64,000 bases of DNA, from the NCBI GenBank assembly GCA_000182565.2, contig KQ257459.1. One strand, written 5' to 3'. Below are positions 1 to 12,331 of this stretch, piece after piece (the first letter of the stretch is position 1; every line of letters starts with the position of its first letter). The translations under genes and the position numbers were made by a program. The notes under the pieces were generated by a model. It searched no databases, had not been told where the DNA came from, and saw only the letters and a list, made by a program, of their open reading frames with translations. This stretch comes from Spizellomyces punctatus DAOM BR117. Lineage: Eukaryota.

Positions 1-3000
1 CCCTGCAATGATATTCATATGTATTCGTAGTTGGAGCACGTTTGAAACGCCGACTTGCTCAATTGACGGAGCACGCACGTCCGTCATCCATGTCTAGCGA
101 TACATCTGATGATACTTCAGAATCATCACATCCAACAACTAGATTTAGCCGTCCGTCGGAAGCGACGGATGACTCTGGCCTCAAACCACCATCTACGCGA
201 CCAACCAGCTTGGACGTACCCCGTCGGGGTAAGAGTGTGGATATACCTCGTCAACCGCGGACCCGTGGCACACAGTATCCTGTGGGTAGGTCGAGCCTGG
301 ACGCATTGAGGCCAAAACTTCGATCGAGATCCAGTGGCGATATGTCGCGCAATAAATTGGAGCCTGCGCCATCGACTCTGAAAAGGTCGATATCCGCTCG
401 TCACTCGTCTTCCTTGGATGTGCCAGTGCTGCCAGAGATCTCCTTCGGAACGGCAAAGGCTACTGAGTGGCTGAATGAAGTTTTAAGAAACGATGAGGAG
501 GAGGTTGGTCAATATGTTTCTGTTATCAAGTTGTAGTCTTTTACTGACATATTTCTTCAGAGTGCTGGATGCCGCATATCGTCTCCGGAACACGAGCCTG
601 AGACACGTCCTAATCACGAAATCCAAACATCGGAAGAACGTGCACCCCCGACAGTTCCCCACCAGCATCACTTTCCGCACCACCACCATTCTCGATCTCT
701 TTCTGCATCTGCACCCATCATTCCCCCCCTTACAACACCTGCTAAGCGGCCCACTCATAGCCGAACACATTCATCATCGTCCCTTCCTTCGACAAGAGTG
801 CAACTCCTCCAAGCCGAAGACTGGAAAGTCAGACTACCTACCGATGCTGGACAGAGTTACGAAGGAGGGCATTCAGATCGATGGTCTAGAATGATGGAGA
901 GTGTGGTTGGGGTGGCCGAGGGAGAAACGGGGGAAAATGGCCGACAGGAATGGAAAGATGGGATGGAGAAGAAGCCAGGGCTGGCAGTAGATGTCGAGAA
1001 GATCGACGATGGAGCCGATGGAAACAACCGCTTTGAGAGGTTGGTCAGCACAACAGACAACATAGACGGCAGTGCCCAGAAGATAACGTCATTTGGGTTT
1101 TTTTTTAGTTTGAAAAAACTTGGTTTCAAAGCTGCACAACGGATTCCTACGTATGACAGCCAGGTGCGTGCGTGACGGTGCCAGTTTTCAGTTTTCGCAT
1201 CCATCCAGCAGCGGGAAATAGTAACGTCGTCTTCACAGGGCAATCGGATTGGCATACTGGACCATGGTCGGTTCCTTTCTGGCACAGGTAGGATTTCTCA
1301 TGACCCTCCTAGTCGTTATCGGAAACTGATAATTGTGATATATAGATGAAGCAGGGGACGCCAATGCGACCGAGTTCATTTCCGTGCGAGGAAACCTTCT
1401 TCATCTTAGCGAAGATGATCGAGATGTCCTCGTGATGGAGATGGTGAATGGTAAATTACAGATTGTGGCCGGAACGGTGGAAAAATTGGTGCTGAGATTA
1501 GCAGATGAGAATGGACAAGGTGATTGTTTTTCCACTTTCACCAAAGATGGTGATGATACATGAAAACACCCATAATGCTGACCCACTGCTACCAGATATG
1601 GACTTTGTTGACATGTTTATCCAGACACATCCCTTCTATCTGTCATCTCGGGATCTCTTGAGCAACCTCATCATGAGGTATTATTGCGAGGTTTCCGAGG
1701 ATACCAGTGCTGAAGAGCTCGAGTACTTTGCCAAGTGGCAAAGACCTATACGCACCAAGTACGTTGCAAACGTCATTGTCATGGAGAAGATGCGGTTGGT
1801 AAACTGACATTTTCAATCTGATGATAGAGTATTATCTGTTCTCGCTCGATGGGTTAAGCTGAGATTTGAAGATTTCGAAGGGGATGGCAAGCTTCGGGAA
1901 GGATTTGAGGATTTTTTGGCGGAAATCGAATCAGGAGGAGACAGCTTCCAGACTGAAGTGGAAAGAATTCGTCGTGTCGCGGCCGTTCAGGTACTTTTTA
2001 TTCTGCTTAGTTGGAAGATGCTGTATGTAACTGAGCAAGCCCCAATGTTAGGCTATGTCGATATGTGCGCGGACAAAACAAGCCCCGTTCTCGGCGCACG
2101 TTCGCATTGAACAATCCAGTTCAAATCCTTTCCCGACTCACATCTCTCAACCGCTCGCTGAGTCGTCTCCTCTGTTAATGTTTGAAGCGAAGGACGTGGC
2201 ACGATATTTAACATTGGCCGATGCACGAGCGTTTAAAAGTATCACTATGTGCGATTTTGTTGGAAAATTGAGACGAGGGTCGAGTTCCAGTGGAAGGATT
2301 GACTGGTTTGCGGGACGCGCTAATATGGTAATATCGTCTTTCCTTGGCTGTATATTATCGAAGTTGGTCTATTTTACTTATGGGATTTCTGTGTCGTTGC
2401 GTGGTTCCGAACAGATTCGAAATTGGGTTGCGCTGGAACTATGCACACTCTTTCCCCGCAAACCTCGCCGCAAGCTTCTGGAGAAGTTCATTGCTATCGC
2501 CTGGTATTGTCGTACCCAGCGCAATTTCCACACCTCCCTTTTCATCCTGTCCGGTCTTCATTCGCCTGCTGTGCAGCGCCTCAAGAAGACTTGGGATGGC
2601 CTCTCAAGTTCTACGCTTGAGAAAATGCGATCTTTGGAACGGTTGATGGACCTCAGCGGTAACATGCGCGAACTTCGACGAGCTGTGGAGGAAGAAGCAG
2701 AAGGAGGCGTTGTTCCTTTTTTACCTGTCGTTATGAAGGATGCCACCTTTGTGGTCGAAGGAAATCCAGAATTCATAGCTCCTACCACACTTCACCCCAC
2801 CGATGCATCCCAATCGTCATTGCAAGAAGATGGCAATGATGATGACCGAGCCTCGTCTGATCCGACATTAATCAATTTTGACAAATACCGTACTCTCACC
2901 CGCATCCTGGGTCGTTACATGTCCTCTGTCCGCGCGCACATGTGGATCGATCCCACAAGTCCAGCTGAGGGACTGCAGATTATAACCAACGTTGTAGAAT

Positions 3001-3104
3001 CTCGGCTCCGGTTTGCGGACGATGAAGGGGTTGGACGCGGAGAAGGGTATTGTATGCGATGGGCTTGGGAATGTTCCGGAAGATGTGCTGGAGAGGACGA
3101 ATGA
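1..3104 (+). CDS. Ras guanine nucleotide exchange factor (REM + CDC25/RasGEF domain), 5' partial, multi-exon
   Basis: REM motif IVAGTVEKLVLRLAD..DMDFVDMFIQTHPFYLSSRDLL; CDC25 motifs RNWVALELC, KFIAIAWYCRTQRNFHTSLFILSGLHSPAVQRLKKTW, VPFLPVVMKDATFVVEGNP, LINFDKYR; stop at 3104. Confidence 0.85.
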
Positions 3105-3560
3105 TCATATTTACCCTCATTGATACTGTCACGAAGAAAAGATCCGTCAGATAGAACGTGATAGATTGTCAGCGGACGAGTTCGTAGTTATTTTTGTGTA
3201 ATGTAGATCATTGGTTTCGAATTGTTCCTTCTAGTAAAGAATACTGTAAATTACTGTCAAGAGTTGTGTGTGTTTTTTCATCGACAGCAATCTGTTGAAG
3301 TTGAAGCGCTTGAAACATTCATTACCCGGTCACGTGGCTATATCATGAAAGCGACCTGGGACCGCAACTGCCACCGTGGAGTGAAATCTGACCTCACAGA
3401 CCTTCCTTTTGCGCGACCCGGACGACAGAGAGGGAAGGACATTCCTAATATAGTCGAAGGGGGAAGTCAAGAGCAGGACTTGGTCCGTACCTTCGGAGTA
3501 TTACCTTCGACACTCTACCGCCATTGTTTTCACTATGTCTCAGCCAAGATCACGAGTGTC

Positions 3561-6500
3561 ATGTCGAAAAGGGCCTCTCTTGAGATGGCGTTCCACTGGT
3601 ATGATCATGCATCTCCACCTTGGGTATTTTCTTTTAACTAACAGTAATCCAGTAGCTTCTATTTTTATTCTGTTAATTTTCTGTCTGCATTTTGTGGCGG
3701 GAACACCCAAAAATGCACCCTCTAATGACCTAATGGTAAGGTGCATTGAGAAACTGTACAGAAACTTCCTGGGCGTGCCGGCAGGCAAGATTTGCACCGA
3801 GGAATTAACTTGAAAATCTTGTTCAAGAATGTTCCTGAACCGCCCGCGGAGGAGCAACACCTTCCTGGTGGGAAGTCGGAAGACCCACTTGATGTATCGC
3901 CCCCGCCAGCTGAAGGTAGTGTTAATCTCCCTTTTTCAGGGCTAGATCAAAATAACACGCTGTACTTATGTTTCCGGCCACGTTCAGACGAGCGCAGCGA
4001 CAAGCTTTACCAAGATACGATCCGACATCTGTCAGCAATAGCACGAAAGCGTGGCCTGCGTTCCTCGAATGCGGAAACCCGGGACCTCCTTTATATTCTG
4101 ACCCGATTGATCACGCGAAGCATTCTGCCAAGACCACTTAGTGATCGACTAGAAAATCTGCGTCGGCGACATGGACCAGCGGAAGAAGATCTGGGGGCCT
4201 TGCCGATAGAAAGTGAACAGGAATTGGATAGTATACCGGTGATAGAGGAGGGAGATGAACCTGCAGTTAAAAGGATAAAGGCAACCCAAATTTTACGCAA
4301 GTTGGGATATGACGAAGGGCATCAGGATTCCTTAGCTACACTGGGTGACATGTTCCTGGTATGTATGGCGATGTTATGATCCATAAATGGGCACCTTTCC
4401 GACTTGTGTGTTGGGTTATCTAGTACGGTAAATATTCCCATCCCCGAAATACGACCGAGGCATTCAAGCACTATCATACTCTGGCTCGAAAACATGGCAG
4501 CGCAATTGGTCAACGAACAGTAGGACTTATGTACGCTACGGGAGTAGGCGTCGATAGAGATTATGCAAAGGTAAATACCGCAGATATGATACATTGCTGA
4601 ATGGGAAGTTAACGTGAGGAAATTCCCCAGGCTTTGCTCTATTTAAGTTTTGCTGCATTAGCAGATGACACCATTGCAGAACAGGCACTTGGGTATTGGC
4701 ATTGGGCTGGTATCGCTACCACGAAGAGCTGCGACGATGCCTCGTTTTATTTCAAGCGGGTTGCTGAAAAAGCCGTTGAAAAGTTCAGATCCGGTCCACC
4801 ACTCGGTTTGGCAATGCCCCTCCCAAAGCTCCGTCTCCCAGATCAGGAGGGTGGTGTCTATGGTTATGGAGCCAGCGGACCTGGCGATCCGAATGTGCCT
4901 ACACGTGGACAGGGTGGTCAGAATGGTGCTTTGACAACGGAAGATATTCTGCAGTATTACCGACTGCAGGCTGACGCTGGCGATCCACTCGCACAGGTCT
5001 GTTACAATATGTGAAAGTCGACATATTGATGGCGATGTATTGATGTATTATATAGCTTTTGATAGGAAAGCTGTTTTACTTGGGGACCAACAACGTGAAG
5101 CAGAATTTTCGAAAAGCGATGGAGTACTTTCTAGCTGCTGCCTCTAAGCATCCAGGATTGGAGGCGGTTCGAGCGCCTGATGCCACGGAAGGTATAAAAC
5201 AAGCTGCCTCTGCTTCCGCGCAGGCGATGGGATTGTTGGGGCAGATGTATTGGCGTGGTGAAGGCGTAGAACAGGATAATGCAACCGCTCGTCAGTGGTT
5301 TGAGCGTGGTGCAATTGATGACAACGCCGCGTGTCTGCATGCCCTTGGCGTTATGAACATGGAGGGGATTGCGGGTCCCAAGGTGAGCCCGTACGGCTGT
5401 TATCATTGAAGATGCTTAGTTTAGACCTTGACGCCTTTGCCACATGTCCGTAGGACCCTAGTAAAGGATTTAAATTTATCCAACAAGCGGCACATAAGGA
5501 GAATCCGGATGCCCAAGCCTACCTGGGTGAGCTGTATCTCGGTATGTCACAGGAACGATTTTTTACGTTGCATGGAGATGTCATCTAAATGGGTTCGCAT
5601 AGGCTATGGAAAGAAGGAGTATCAAAATGCTCTGAAGTGGCTTCAACAGGCTTCTTCCCGCGGGCACATCGTTGCGTTATACAACCTTGCGAATATGTAC
5701 ACTGAAGGATTGGGTGTTGCACTGCCTAACTGTGACGTTGGGGTCCGGGTAAGTCTTGGGAGCGGGCACTGAGTGACCTTGGATTGTTCTTGCTAATGTG
5801 TCGTTGTCCAGCTGTATAAGAGCGTTGCCGAAAAGGGCGATTGGCACGACCCAATTGTACATCAGGCTCAGGCAGATTTGAATGCAGGAGATATGGAAGG
5901 AGCATTCTTACGGTATCTGTTCGCTGCCGAGAGAGGGTACGAGATTGCACAGACCAATGCCGCGTGGATGCTGGATCGAGGTGCGAATAAAGTAGTGCCA
6001 ATATCAATCAGATGTCCTTGCTGAAGATCTATTTTCAACAGGAATGTATTCTCCTTCACACTCTCGTATCTACCGGGAGAAGCAAGATCCGTACAAGACA
6101 GCCTTGTACCTATGGAACCGGGCAGCAAATCAAGGAAATGTCAATGCGAGGGTGAAAATGGGGGATTACTACTATTACGGATTAGGTACGACACCAGATC
6201 CCGCAAATGAGGAGTCAGAGGCCCCAAAGGGGAGCCAAGAAGAGACGTCTCTACTATCGCGATTACTTGGAACTGGGCTCAGAGGAAAAGGAGATCCGGA
6301 GCGGGCGGCAATATATTACCAAGTTGCAGCAGATAAGGAATGGAGTAGTATTGCAATGTGGAATCTGGGGTGGATGCATGAGACCGGAATTGGAGTCCAG
6401 AAGGTACAATTGCCATTTACTGTTTGGGTCATTTCGTTAAGCTTAAACTCTTGAGCATGCAGGATTATCACCTGGCGAAACGTAATTACGATATGTGCCT

Positions 6501-6930
6501 TGATACAAACCCAGAGGCGTATCTCCCAGTGAACCTTGCTTTGGTCAAGCTTCGAATCAAAATACTCTGGGATGAACTATTGAGGAGACGCACCTCCAGT
6601 GACTCGTCATCATCTCGTCCTGATGAGACATTGGCAGCAGAAAAATCGGAAAAGCGGGATAAAGAATCTTGGAGACAGGCAGAGGCTCCACTGGGACTCA
6701 TGAGAGATGAAGATAACAATGAATTTTGGGAGTTTGAGCATGTGCCCCCCACGGAAGGGGATGTAGCGGAAACGATAGGAATATTGGTACTCTGTGCTGT
6801 TGCAGCTGGATTGGTCCTGTGGCGACAGGGTGTGTTGAGGAGGGTGGCAGAGCAAGCTCCGCCTGTGGGAGCTGTTAGGGAGGGGGATCGAAGACAAGAA
6901 CAAGAGCATGAAGGAGGGCTTGGACGATGA
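3561..6930 (+). CDS. HRD3: Sel1-repeat ERAD component Hrd3/SEL1L, multi-exon (start approximate)
   Basis: Hydrophobic N-terminal signal; many Sel1 repeats ([67 protein letters not shown]); C-terminal TM helix. Confidence 0.88.
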
Positions 6931-7746
6931 GTGTAGTTCAGAATGTTTCCTCTAAAATTTCATGAATTGCTATGATTTGCACTTGTAAATAGTCATTTTT
7001 TGCTGCACTGTTTTCAAAATGCAGAGACCGACGGCCCATAGACTGCGTCCCATCCTACAATCACTGGATCTTTCTTTTGTATGGCCAGACAGCGCTTATG
7101 CAAGGTCGAACAGGAAAGGTCCAAAGCAGTTGCCGCCATGACTTTTTGGTTTTCACAACTGGTTTGTGCACCTTCCCTGTCCGACCTTTCAGAGCGCAGT
7201 AGACGGATATTGAGCTGGAGGAAATGGAGCGTCGGTCGCCCTTTTATGCACTTTGCGGGCTAGGGTGTCTTCGTCCAAGGGGCCTTGAGCGGAGTTTCCT
7301 CCATGGAATATGATCAGGGATCACCCCGTGCTTGTCGTTGTTCAACGTGCCGCGGTGAAAGGAGGTTGTTGTTCAGTATCTCCATGGTAAATTCCGCAGC
7401 GGAGAAGATTCCCAACTTTGGGGGATGGATGCCCTTTGCCTGTTGCTGCACCGTTGCACGCCAGGGGATCAAGGGCAAGGGAGAACGATGACGGCGATAT
7501 TCGCGAACGCCCAAAGGTGTTTAGGAAGCCTTTCAATGGTTTGTAAGCACATGAACGGAGAGCCTGGAATTTGACATCCCACCTCCCCTTGCTTAATGGC
7601 CATATGGTGGGTATATCGAACAGAAAGAACACTGTCAGTTTGATATTACATAATCGATAATCGATGAGTCAGGCACGATATGCCACTTCACCCCACTCCA
7701 AGATCTACGAATTGCCCTCTGATTGTGACCGTTGACGAGGTACGAC

Positions 7747-10126
7747 ATGACCTTGCAGAAAGGAACTAGAGCCAAGAATTCTCTAGGAGCATTGCCAGAA
7801 GATCTTGTAGAGGAAATACTGCACGTGGGTCATGCATTGTCGGATTCTGACTCCTGGCGAATAGTTGGCATCAACCAGTTCTTGCAATAGTTTGTCGAAC
7901 CAAAGGATATTGCGGGGTTCTGCTCCGTATCAAAAGTATGGGAAAAGCTATGTAATGATAATAGGTTGTGGAAGAAAAACGTCATCGCCCATGGGTAAGT
8001 GGATGCCCAGTCCTTTTACCAGGCTGGTGCTGACAGAGTATAAATATTCCCAACACAGTTGGAAGTGGTGGAATAGCCCCCCTATCGACCCACCGTCATG
8101 GAAAAAGATCTATATGCATAGGACCGTAACGGATCGTGTTGTACTTGAACATTTGCAAAACGTATTGGACAGTCCGCGTGGAAGAATCGCCAATATGCTG
8201 AAAATTGCACAACATGGATCAGATGCCGTGGATGTACTTATTGGGACGATTGATGAGAAAAAGAAGGTAAACTAGGGCTGGTATTAGGTCATAAAATCAG
8301 CAGCGCTTAGACTTTCCGATTGCTATCGCTCAGGACCATCTTACGCGAACATATTACGCTCGCAAAATATTACGATTGCTCAGCAGACAATGGGTGGTCT
8401 CGCAGTGGCGCTTACTTATGCCAATGTTGGGTTCGTTCCATGCGCAGCACATCCAAACTCGTCACTCAACTGCTTGTTCCATTGCGGGTGTACGACCTAC
8501 CACATATGCCCCACCCTTTCCGCTCGAATATGGTGCCTTCCTCCTGTCTAAATTCCATAGCTACACATTGGATGTAGCAGATGTCATGGGACAACTTGAC
8601 GCACTAGCAGATGAAGCCAGACTGCATGTTATAGATCCTGGTTCGACGGGCTCTGGTATTGAAACGCGGGCAAGACAACTCTACGATTTTCTCTTCGTTG
8701 TAAAAGGGTTTACCGGTGCCGTTCAGGATTACTATAATGTGGAGAACTCCTTAATTGACAAGGTAACTAGAATAGCTGAAGCGGCCATGCTGATGACGCT
8801 TATAACGGCTTACAGGTGCTATCCCGGCGAAAAGGAATACCGATCACTTTGGCCTTATTGTACCATGCGGTGGGACGTCGTTTGGGACTCCAGATTGACA
8901 TGATTGGGTTTCCTCAACATTTTCTGGCGCGTATTGTAACAGAGGATGGAAGCCAATGGTTTGTGGACTGTTTTCAACAGGGACGCAACGGGGGATTTCG
9001 TACGAGAGAAGAGTGTATAGACTTGCTCTCGGATATGCGACTGGTGACCCGAGAGGAATACCTGTCTCCTACAACAGATCAGGATTTTTATACACGGGTA
9101 AGGTTCTGAAATCTGGGTGGTCAAACCTTCAGGGACCCTGGTCAAATCCTGTGTTCGTTGCTCTGCTAGATTTGAGCTAATAAGCCGTTCGCATGCTCCT
9201 GCCCAGATGGCGTCCAACATTGTTGCAGCGGTTCATCACGCGCCGGATCTTGAACAATCTACAGACATACATATTCACGCTTACGGAGCAATGATTGTTC
9301 TTCTGTTACTTTCCGGAGACCATACCCAAATCAGCACTCGCCATCCACATCGGCGGATTTTGTATGGCATTCTACGCGCTGATGTACCCGAAGATGTATG
9401 GTTTGCCGAGGCTGATTTGGCTATGCTGAGAGCCAGACAAACTACTGGTGACTCTGGAATGCGCGGGACGCAGGCAACCTTGGAGATTGCAGCTTTAGAG
9501 AATGAGGTGGCAGAAATTTGGACCGTGGATGGCGCTAGTGCCCCTCAAAACGTTAAACGGCGGGATCCAGACATGGGTCGAGGATCGGGTTCTTCGAAGA
9601 GGATTCCGCGGTTTCATGTGGGCGAGACCTTTAGTCATTCGCGCTATCATTATAGTGGGGTGATGTATGTATGCCAATCGTGGTTTATTTTTTTTTTTTG
9701 ATTGTCTCACCGCCTCATTTCCTGACGTCGCTGTTAGCTATGGTTGGGACTTGGTTTGCTCAGCGGACGAGGAATGGATATTACGCATGGGAGTTGACAG
9801 GTGCGTAGATTGCGCCTCTCTTGTGTCCCCCTGATCTTGCTCTCAAATGTCTTCAAATCTCATCGTATTGTAGGCTGGAGCACGGAAGACGGCAGCCGTT
9901 TTACAATGTTTTTGCCCTTGGACCCGACGGAGCTCGAACGTATCGTTATGTTGCAGAGCAAAATATCATTCCGGGAAATGGTGATCCTGCAATGTTCCTG
10001 GCCCATGAAGAAATTGGAAAGTGGTTTGAAAGGTGGGATAATGAAAGAATGGTATTTGTTCCAAACAAGGAGTTGAGGGAAGAATATCCAGATGATTTGG
10101 GTCCGCGTGGAGCGGAAGCGCAATAG
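7747..10126 (+). CDS. FBXO21: F-box protein with transglutaminase-like (SirB1) and YccV/HspQ-like domains (FBXO21-like)
   Basis: N-terminal LGALPEDLVEEIL F-box; GFTGAVQDYYNVENSLIDKVLSRRKGIPITLALLY..GFPQHFL; C-terminal FHVGETFSHSRYHYSGV..GWD..QPFYNV..RYVAEQNI. Confidence 0.8.
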
Positions 10127-10294
10127 CGTCAGCAAGCGCGATGCGCAGCAATTTCATGTAACCATATTTGTGCAAATGAATGGGCGTTCGGGGAAGATTT
10201 TCCCAAAGCCTCGTTGTTAAACCTGCCAACGTTGTAGAAAGCTTAAAAGACAGTTCTTGGCAATGAAATGCTTCACGACCTCAATAGATTCGCT

Positions 10295-12120
10295 ATGCCT
10301 GTGAGATTGCATTCTCCTTTGTATACCCTCATAGTGGTCTTCACATGGTGGGCTGCTTTCACACTCAAACCTGTGCAAGCTGAAAGTGATGCGTCCGAGG
10401 TCAACCTAGGTATACAGTTTTGCGACCCTATAATAGGGTAGAAGTGTCTCGCCGGTGGCTTACATTTGAAAACATTCCTCCTGCAGGTCCTATTGGTGTC
10501 CTACCCGTTTGGCTAGTTATCATCATAGCCATTATTCTTGCTGCTCTCGTGAGCGGCTTTGGCTATCTTCTTTGGAGACGATATCGCGGCGACAGGGTGG
10601 ACCCGGAGATTGGGTTGAGCCGATTTCGAGAAAGTGGCAACTGGAAAAAAAGATGGAGCCGTGCTGTCAAACCATCCCCCAGCAGTCCCTTCCGTGCTGG
10701 AACCATACTAGGCGGCGATCCAGTTGATGGCGGCCGTGGCGAGTCTTCACACGGGAAGAGCCAGATCCGGATTGGAAGTGCAAAGTTGGGGAAGGCGAAT
10801 GGTGAGGTGCATTCTGAAACTGGTCCTGCAAAGCCCTCGGACTCTCTATCGCGCGGAAGATCGCGACGTAGACGGAGTCTGGAAAGGGCAGCTTCGCGGA
10901 AAGGGGCACCTCAAGGTGGGGAAGTGACCTCCCCGGCTTACTTGCAGCGCCAGAGGACTGCTGCTTCCTCCCATGGTATGTCTGACAGGGACATAGCGCT
11001 TGTGGCGGCCACTACAAATTTTAGAGATTCTACCGAGACCCTGGAGCCCGATGAGGATATTTTGTCTATGATGAAGGCGAGCGGCCGTGGTGATTTGGGA
11101 CTTGGATCCGGATTTGTTGATTTGCCTACTGCATCCGTCGTCGCAATCGAGGAAGAGAAGATCGAAGTTTCAGCAACTATGAGATCGGCTCGTACAGGTG
11201 CGGATGGCTTGACTCGCTCTAACACGAGCAAGTCGAATATTTCTCGGAAAGATACAAAGCGCGCATCCTCGCGACGACGAGGCGGTAACGACATATCCCT
11301 GCGGGGATCTCCACCTAATGGAGAAGGATATCTTTCTTCAAGCGGAACCGATGGACGCAACGACCTCATCCTCCCACCAGCCGCTCACTCGACAGGTCGG
11401 GAACGCACTTTTGATGGGGAGGACCTCGTGAGGAGCCGATCAGCAGGACGAGAAGAGCGCCATGAACGGTCCTCTCGAGCCAGATCGTCATCTCGATCTC
11501 GTACTACATATCGAGGTGACCGGGTTGCTCGCGACGCTCGAGACGACAGTACTACTGACGAATATGAAGCAGATCGCTCAAGACAAAGGCAACGCAGCAT
11601 GCGTAAAGGTGCGCGTGGACACAGCAACCCACGAGAAGAATCTGCAATGGAAGAAAATGAAGCGGATCGCTCAAGACGCAGAGGCACTTCCCGTTCGCGT
11701 ACACGGAACCGTTCCTCGTCTCGTGCAGGTCGCCCACGTGTTCATGGACAGTCCAGTGATTCGGAGGGTAGCGATTCGAAATTACCCATACAGCGTTCTG
11801 TAAACCGCCACAGATCATTATATGAATCCGAGTCTCAGTGCCGATCCTCCAGTGTTGATCCATCAAGGAGAAGGACAGGGACAGGCAAGAAGGCAGCGTC
11901 CCGATCTCAGTCAATAGCGCCACAACGAAATAGACGTCGACACGGGGACCAATTAGCAGGAGATGATACTCCTCTTGCTACCGTTGCCTTGCAAGTGTTG
12001 CAGCAGAATTTGACTAGGGACCCTTCCCGAGGACGAGCTAGAGAACATAGCGGAAGGGAGCGATACAATGGAAGTGGGCGACCGACATCGACGTCTACCG
12101 AGGTGTTGGTGATTGATTGA
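10295..12120 (+). CDS. Single-pass membrane protein: signal peptide, tiny ectodomain, long Ser/Arg-rich cytoplasmic tail
   Basis: Exon 1 MPVRLHSPLYTLIVVFTWWAAFTLKPVQAES spliced (GT ~10410, AG ~10487) to GPIGVLPVWLVIIIAIILAALVSGFGYLLWRRYR and a long low-complexity ORF ending at 12120. Confidence 0.7.
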
Positions 12121-12331
12121 GTGGCATAGAAAGAGTACAATGGAGAGCTTTGCATTGGCGGAATGATGCCGCGAAGAAAATATAGAGATTGATAGATGGT
12201 GTTTGAATCTATACGGAGCAGGAAATATGATACATTGGGGCTGTGCGAGATAGCTTTAGGCACATTTAGACACAGGATAGAAATCCTAGATGAAACAAAA
12301 AAAAACTATTCCCTACACCCAAAATCGCTTT

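Noticed and set aside
7000-7650. Short ORFs between HRD3 and the F-box gene
   Set aside because: No consistent gene model or recognisable motif
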